64,000 nucleotides of DNA. Origin: the human T2T-CHM13v2.0 reference genome, Homo sapiens. The notes under the pieces are model-generated. The model saw nothing but the letters and a program-made list of their open reading frames with translations, made no database searches and had not been told where the DNA came from. Position 1 is the stretch's first letter. Each line of letters starts with the position of its first letter. Of the stretch, positions 59,491 through 64,000 are shown one piece after another. The DNA lies in NCBI RefSeq assembly GCF_009914755.1, contig NC_060948.1; one strand, given 5' to 3'. Both the position numbers and the translations under genes were made by a program.

Positions 59491-60539
59491 AGCATCAGCT
59501 ACAAAACATAAAATTTTTTACTCTGGATCAGAATACATTTCATTTTAGATTCCTTTATTGAAAGCAGTACACATATCTTAAGTATTTATTTTTAAAATCA
59601 TACCAATTACATATGAAGGGTGAATGAACTGAAATAGATGGAAGGACATTAAATCTAAGTGTTGTGGTAGTGCTACAGATTTACACATAGAACAACTGTG
59701 ATGTAGCAGTACTTGAAAGTTTTTGGTTGTGTCTTATCAACCTAATCTTCCTTACAAGCCCTGACCCTGACTAATTTGTGGTGGTGGTTTTAAGTGGCTA
59801 ATTAATAGTATCTAACACTATTGTGTAATTTTTTTTTCAGGTAAGAGCTTTGTTTTACAGGGTGCCACTTATAAGTCCCAAAGTACCAAATGAGAATGTG
59901 AGGAGGGGCACAAGTGGAACACTTGCCCTTGCAAAATGGAAAAGAGATGGGGACTCCTGGCGTGACCTTTGGGTCCCTGGTTTCAGCCAGATCTTCACTG
60001 TAGGATTTCTGGATCATTCTGAGGTTCTCGTGCTCTATTCTGAGTAACAGCATAAATTTGTGACTTGTTGTACTGGATAATTCAGGAGTTAGTTGTGCTC
60101 TTCTATTTTCAAAAATTTGAAAGTAAATAAATAAATAAACCCTCTATTAGATGCCCAATGAGACTGTTTATGTGGTGGCTTTAGCACCATGACTACCTTA
60201 TCTCTTGTCAGTGTAGCCCCGCGAATGCCTCCTAGCACTGTGCTGAGTTATCTTCCATCTCTTCCAGGAGACACGGGGGCACATCAGAGTCCTATCCTTG
60301 GCCCCCTACATAAGGGCATCTCTGAAACTTCTCTCAGCATTCGCTCTCTCCTTAACAATGCCGTATCTTCATTTTACTTTTTCTGTGCCATAGGTGACCT
60401 ATGTTGCCACAAACACGACATAGTGAAGTTCTTTTTCAGAGATCAAATCACAAGTGGGCAAAATTTCCCTTTAACTCCACACCTCTGACTCTGGGATTTC
60501 AGAAGAGCAGGAAAAACCTATGCTCCTTATGTTTTACTA

Positions 60540-60841
60540 TTTTTTACTTTTTCTTTCTTTTTGTGTGTTTTGCTCTTGTTGCCCAGGCTGGAGTACAATG
60601 GGGCAATCTCGGCTCACCGCAACCTCTGCTTCCTGGGTTCAAGTGATTCTCCTGCCTCAGTCTCTGGAGTTATCTAGGATTACAGGCATGCACCACAAAG
60701 CCTGGCTAATTTTGTGTTTTTAGTAGATATGGGGTTTCTCCATGTTGGACAGGCTGGTCTCGAACTCCCAACCTTAGGTGCTCCACCCACCTCAGCGTCA
60801 TATTATGTTGGGATTATAGGCATGAGCCACTGCACCTGGCC
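60540..60841 (-). mobile_element. AluSp/Sq-like
   Basis: gctcttgttgcccaggctggagtacaatgg...ctccatgttgg. Confidence 0.93.
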
Positions 60842-61149
60842 TACTTTTTGCTTTCTTCTCCACCGTGGTTTCCTTCTTCCCAGACCTCACTTGTCCATAA
60901 AAATTTTCATTTAATTTCTTCTCTGTCTACCCAAAATCCCTTCCCTTTTTGTGCCTTCTCTGCACTTTGGCTAATGTTAATTATCTACAATTTGTGTCAG
61001 ATAGGCTAGGATCTTCATAGTACAAGCTCAGGCTTCTACAAACTAGTGTTTGTAGAAACTAGGGCAAATAATATATTGGTTTACTAGTCCACAGATATTT
61101 TTTCTCATACAATACCTAGTTTTATGTAGACCTAAGTGGGGCTATGTCA

Positions 61150-61710
61150 AAAATTTCTTGAAACTATTAAAAAATGTTTCCTTTTCACTTAGAATAAAAT
61201 ACAAACTTCCTACCCAAACTTGAAGGGTCTGGCTTCCCCTCCTCCTCTATCTTTCAACGTCACCTCAACCTGCTTCTCCCAGGTTCACTGTACCCTAAAA
61301 AGACATATTAAATCAATGCTCCTCCCTTTAGGGTCTTTTTTCTAATTCTATTTTTCTGAATCTGCACACCCGGTTTCTTCCCATCCTTTAGGTCTAGACT
61401 GTAGAGTTACCCCCAAAGAGGAATTTCCTAAGCTTCTGGTTGAAGGACTTAGGAGATGACCTTCCACTCTCTCAAGCAAATTATTTCTCACACAGCACCT
61501 TGGTTACTTTTCTCACAGTGCTTAAGAAAATCTGAAATTATTTTGTGCATTAATGTGCTTGTTCATTGTTTTCTGATAGTATAGAAAACACAGAGATCAA
61601 AGGTTATTCTTACCTTATTCACCATTTTATGCTTGGAACTATTAAGGTATAGTGCCTGAATAACCAGTGCTTAATAAATAACTACTAGATAAATAGTCTA
61701 ATGAATGGAA
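61150..61710 (+). mobile_element. L2 3' fragment
   Basis: cacttagaataaaatacaaacttc...ttattcacc...atagtgcctg...gcttaataaata...aatgaatg. Confidence 0.65.
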
Positions 61711-61802
61711 GTATGTGGATCTACCAGAAGTTTTCATGACATGCACATTTCTTTATGTCCCTAAATTATTTACACTTTTGACAATACTGTGAAGACCATA
61801 AT

Positions 61803-62859
61803 TGTAAGAACTAAAGAAAGAGGAGAGAAACACAAAGGGTAGCTTGAGAGTCAATAAGGAGAGATTTGTTTTAGAAAACAAACCTGATAGGGGCTTCTGG
61901 CCTAGTTGAGTCTGAGCCACACTCTCTTATAGGTTAAGACTTTTTAAGGATTCAGGACAGGAGAGTTTGTCAGAGGCTTGGACTGCTTCTGTGTCTCTTT
62001 GTTGTGCTTATCTGTGAGTGCAGCAGGATAATTTAGGAATCAGAGAGACAGAGAGGTTGAGGAGAATACTTATTATTTAGGTGCATCCACCCAGTCAGAT
62101 TAACATCCAAAAGGACAGAGCCCCAAACAAAGAGTTCAGTTGCCTTTTAAGCATTTTGTGGGGTGGGGGTAGATCTGTGCAGGGGGGAAGCATATTACAG
62201 AAGTGAGAAACAAAGGCAGTTATTCAGTTGAGACATGCATGACATCGTTTCTTACGTTTCAAGGAAAAACATGTTTTATGCCTTGAGTTTATCTGCCTTG
62301 TGACCTTGCAGCTGCACAGCTAGAAAAACAGGTTCTTCACAATGCCTGGGAAAGGGAGAGATAAGGCTCACTAGCCACCAGAAAAACAGGCAGTTAAATT
62401 TTGAAGGACTTCAGCTCTTTCTCTTCCTCAGGGAGAATTGGGTTATCTTACCTACAACTGAGTTTTTGCCTACACATTCTTTAATTTCTTTTAATTCCTG
62501 TTTCAGGGGGTAGGGTTGTGTGTCTGTTTCCAGATATATTCCTGAAGCTGCAGACATACCCCCCGCGACTGCTTTTAGCTTCCCTATGTTAGTGCATCTG
62601 AAGGGAAAGCAATGTGCTTATTAAGGCCCACTGTTTTACTGACGTCTTCTTTATGAAGGTGAAGTTTGGCAATTACCCAAGAGACTTCCTCTCCATCTCC
62701 CTCTGTACCCCAGCTGTCTTTTCTGTGTTTTAGTGTCTGCTCTTTCTGGCTGCTAGTTGTCAGAAGACAAGTGATTTCTTTGAAATGCATGAGGTTAGAA
62801 AGGAAGCTGATCTTCAGTTGGCAGTGTTTGTCCAAGATGATGGTGCCCTTGTTCTGTCA
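61803..62859 (-). mobile_element. LTR10A-like 3' LTR (HERV-I group), split by LTR15
   Basis: tgtaagaactaaagaaagagg at left; minus strand begins tgacagaacaagggcaccatcatcttggacaaacac. Confidence 0.78.
62019..62505 (-). mobile_element. LTR15-like solo LTR nested in the LTR10
   Basis: Minus strand begins tgaaacaggaattaaaagaaattaaagaatgtgt, ends ...gctgca. Confidence 0.75.
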
Positions 62860-64000
62860 TTCCAGACCCTTTAGTTACAAAAGAACAAGAGGCAACATGT
62901 TCCTTCTGGCTACTTCCTGCTGATGCGGGGTTGGGTGCGGAAAGTTTTTTTGATCTTGGATGGACTGCAGGAGCAATACTGTCCATAGATATTTTTGGGT
63001 AGCTGTCTGTGAAATGGCCATGATTCTGTCGGTTAAAAGGTTTTGGAAAAGGTTACTGAGGCAGGGTAAGAACATTAGTCCTAGGTTTTTCAGCAGTGTT
63101 TCATATTAGGCCTGATTGGTTGAGACAAAAGCAACATTTCTTTCCCAATGACACGCAGAGGAACATGTTTGGAAAGACCCATGTGTTATTGTTTTATTAG
63201 TAACTGTTAGATTTGCTATGATGATAATAATTAAACAAAATGCTACAGTAATTGAGATTCTTTGTTTGATATTTCACCCTTAGGGTACTACAGTATATAT
63301 TCCTACTGCACATAGTACAACATGCACTCCAGCCTGGGTGACAGAGCGAGGCTCCTTCTCAAAAAAAAAAAAAAAAAAAAAAAAAGTTAATATCTGGCTT
63401 AAAGGATAGGTAGGATTGATAAAAAGTACCTGGTAAAGTAGCGTTGGGACTAAGATGAGTAATTTTCACTTAATTACTTATATTTTATTATTTTCAGCTT
63501 AAAATTTCTTTTTTTTACGTTGATATTTAGGATGTTTTTAATGGGCTGCTAGGAGCTGCTTTCTCAGCTCTTTCAGCTTTGACTTGAGTGTGTAGTATCT
63601 AGGAGTTGATTTCTGTAATGAATATAATTTAAACTGTAGAAAATAATAAAAATTGAAAAACATTAGGCAGACTAGAATTTAGCAACAGGTGCGCTATAGT
63701 TTTTGAAACATAATTTTCTCTCTTCAATTTCCCATTTTTATTAAAAGAAAAATCATGGTAGGACAGCTTTCCTTTATTATACTTGGCTTAATTAGTTTTA
63801 TACAGTGCAGCAAAAATAAGTATTTGCTACACATGACTTTTAAGTCAGCTTTGATGGAATTTTGTGTTATAGAAGGAATTTGAGATGAGACTTTTTAAGG
63901 CCCAGCCCAGCCATGGATTTCTATCATTAAATACCTATGAGTTGGGTGAATTCCTCTCCTCTTGAGGTTTTAAGATAACATGCATTTCCTGGCCTGTCAG
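62860..64000 (-). mobile_element. ERV1 internal sequence with env C-terminal remnant; continues beyond the window
   Basis: Purine-rich tract next to the LTR; peptide FLPCLSNLFQNLLTDRIMAISQT...QQEVAR (62875-63075) resembles an env TM/cytoplasmic tail. Confidence 0.7.
63321..63385 (+). mobile_element. Severely 5'-truncated Alu (last ~40 nt plus A25)
   Basis: tgcactccagcctgggtgacagagcgaggctcc followed by a pure A tail. Confidence 0.9.

Noticed and set aside
63100-64000. Possible APOBEC-type hypermutation of the ERV internal region (T-rich + strand)
   Set aside because: Cannot be separated from native composition without aligning to the consensus.

Overview
Human genomic DNA, repeat-dominated and apparently intergenic. 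No protein-coding gene is supported: the long ORFs are LINE-1 ORF1/ORF2 remnants, Alu/LTR read-throughs or frames through tandem repeats. Two independent landmarks place the window on human Yp11.2. One is a (GATA)12 STR whose flanks match my recollection of the DYS522 primers. The other is a 66-unit, 25-bp palindromic AT-rich array with the repeat types of minisatellite MSY1 (DYF155S1), code (3)4(1)14(3)22(4)26 on the minus strand. Other content: a near full-length dead L1PA3-like element, a 3'-truncated older L1 (5'UTR+ORF1), about 17 Alus including a young AluYd8, nested MaLR/ERV LTRs, MER1B/MER3/Tigger2a fossils and the 3' end of an LTR10A-flanked ERV1 provirus. I see no convincing new gene system. 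The least explained structure is at 18.4-23.3 kb: a unique CpG-rich island between a ~110-bp CA-rich array and a ~34-bp CACCTG-rich array with higher-order periodicity that is older than the L1PB inserted in it. Several template-switch-like junctions and a 69-nt hairpin beside MSY1 also merit checking. Subfamily names and locus identities come from memory of consensus sequences and were not verified by database search.
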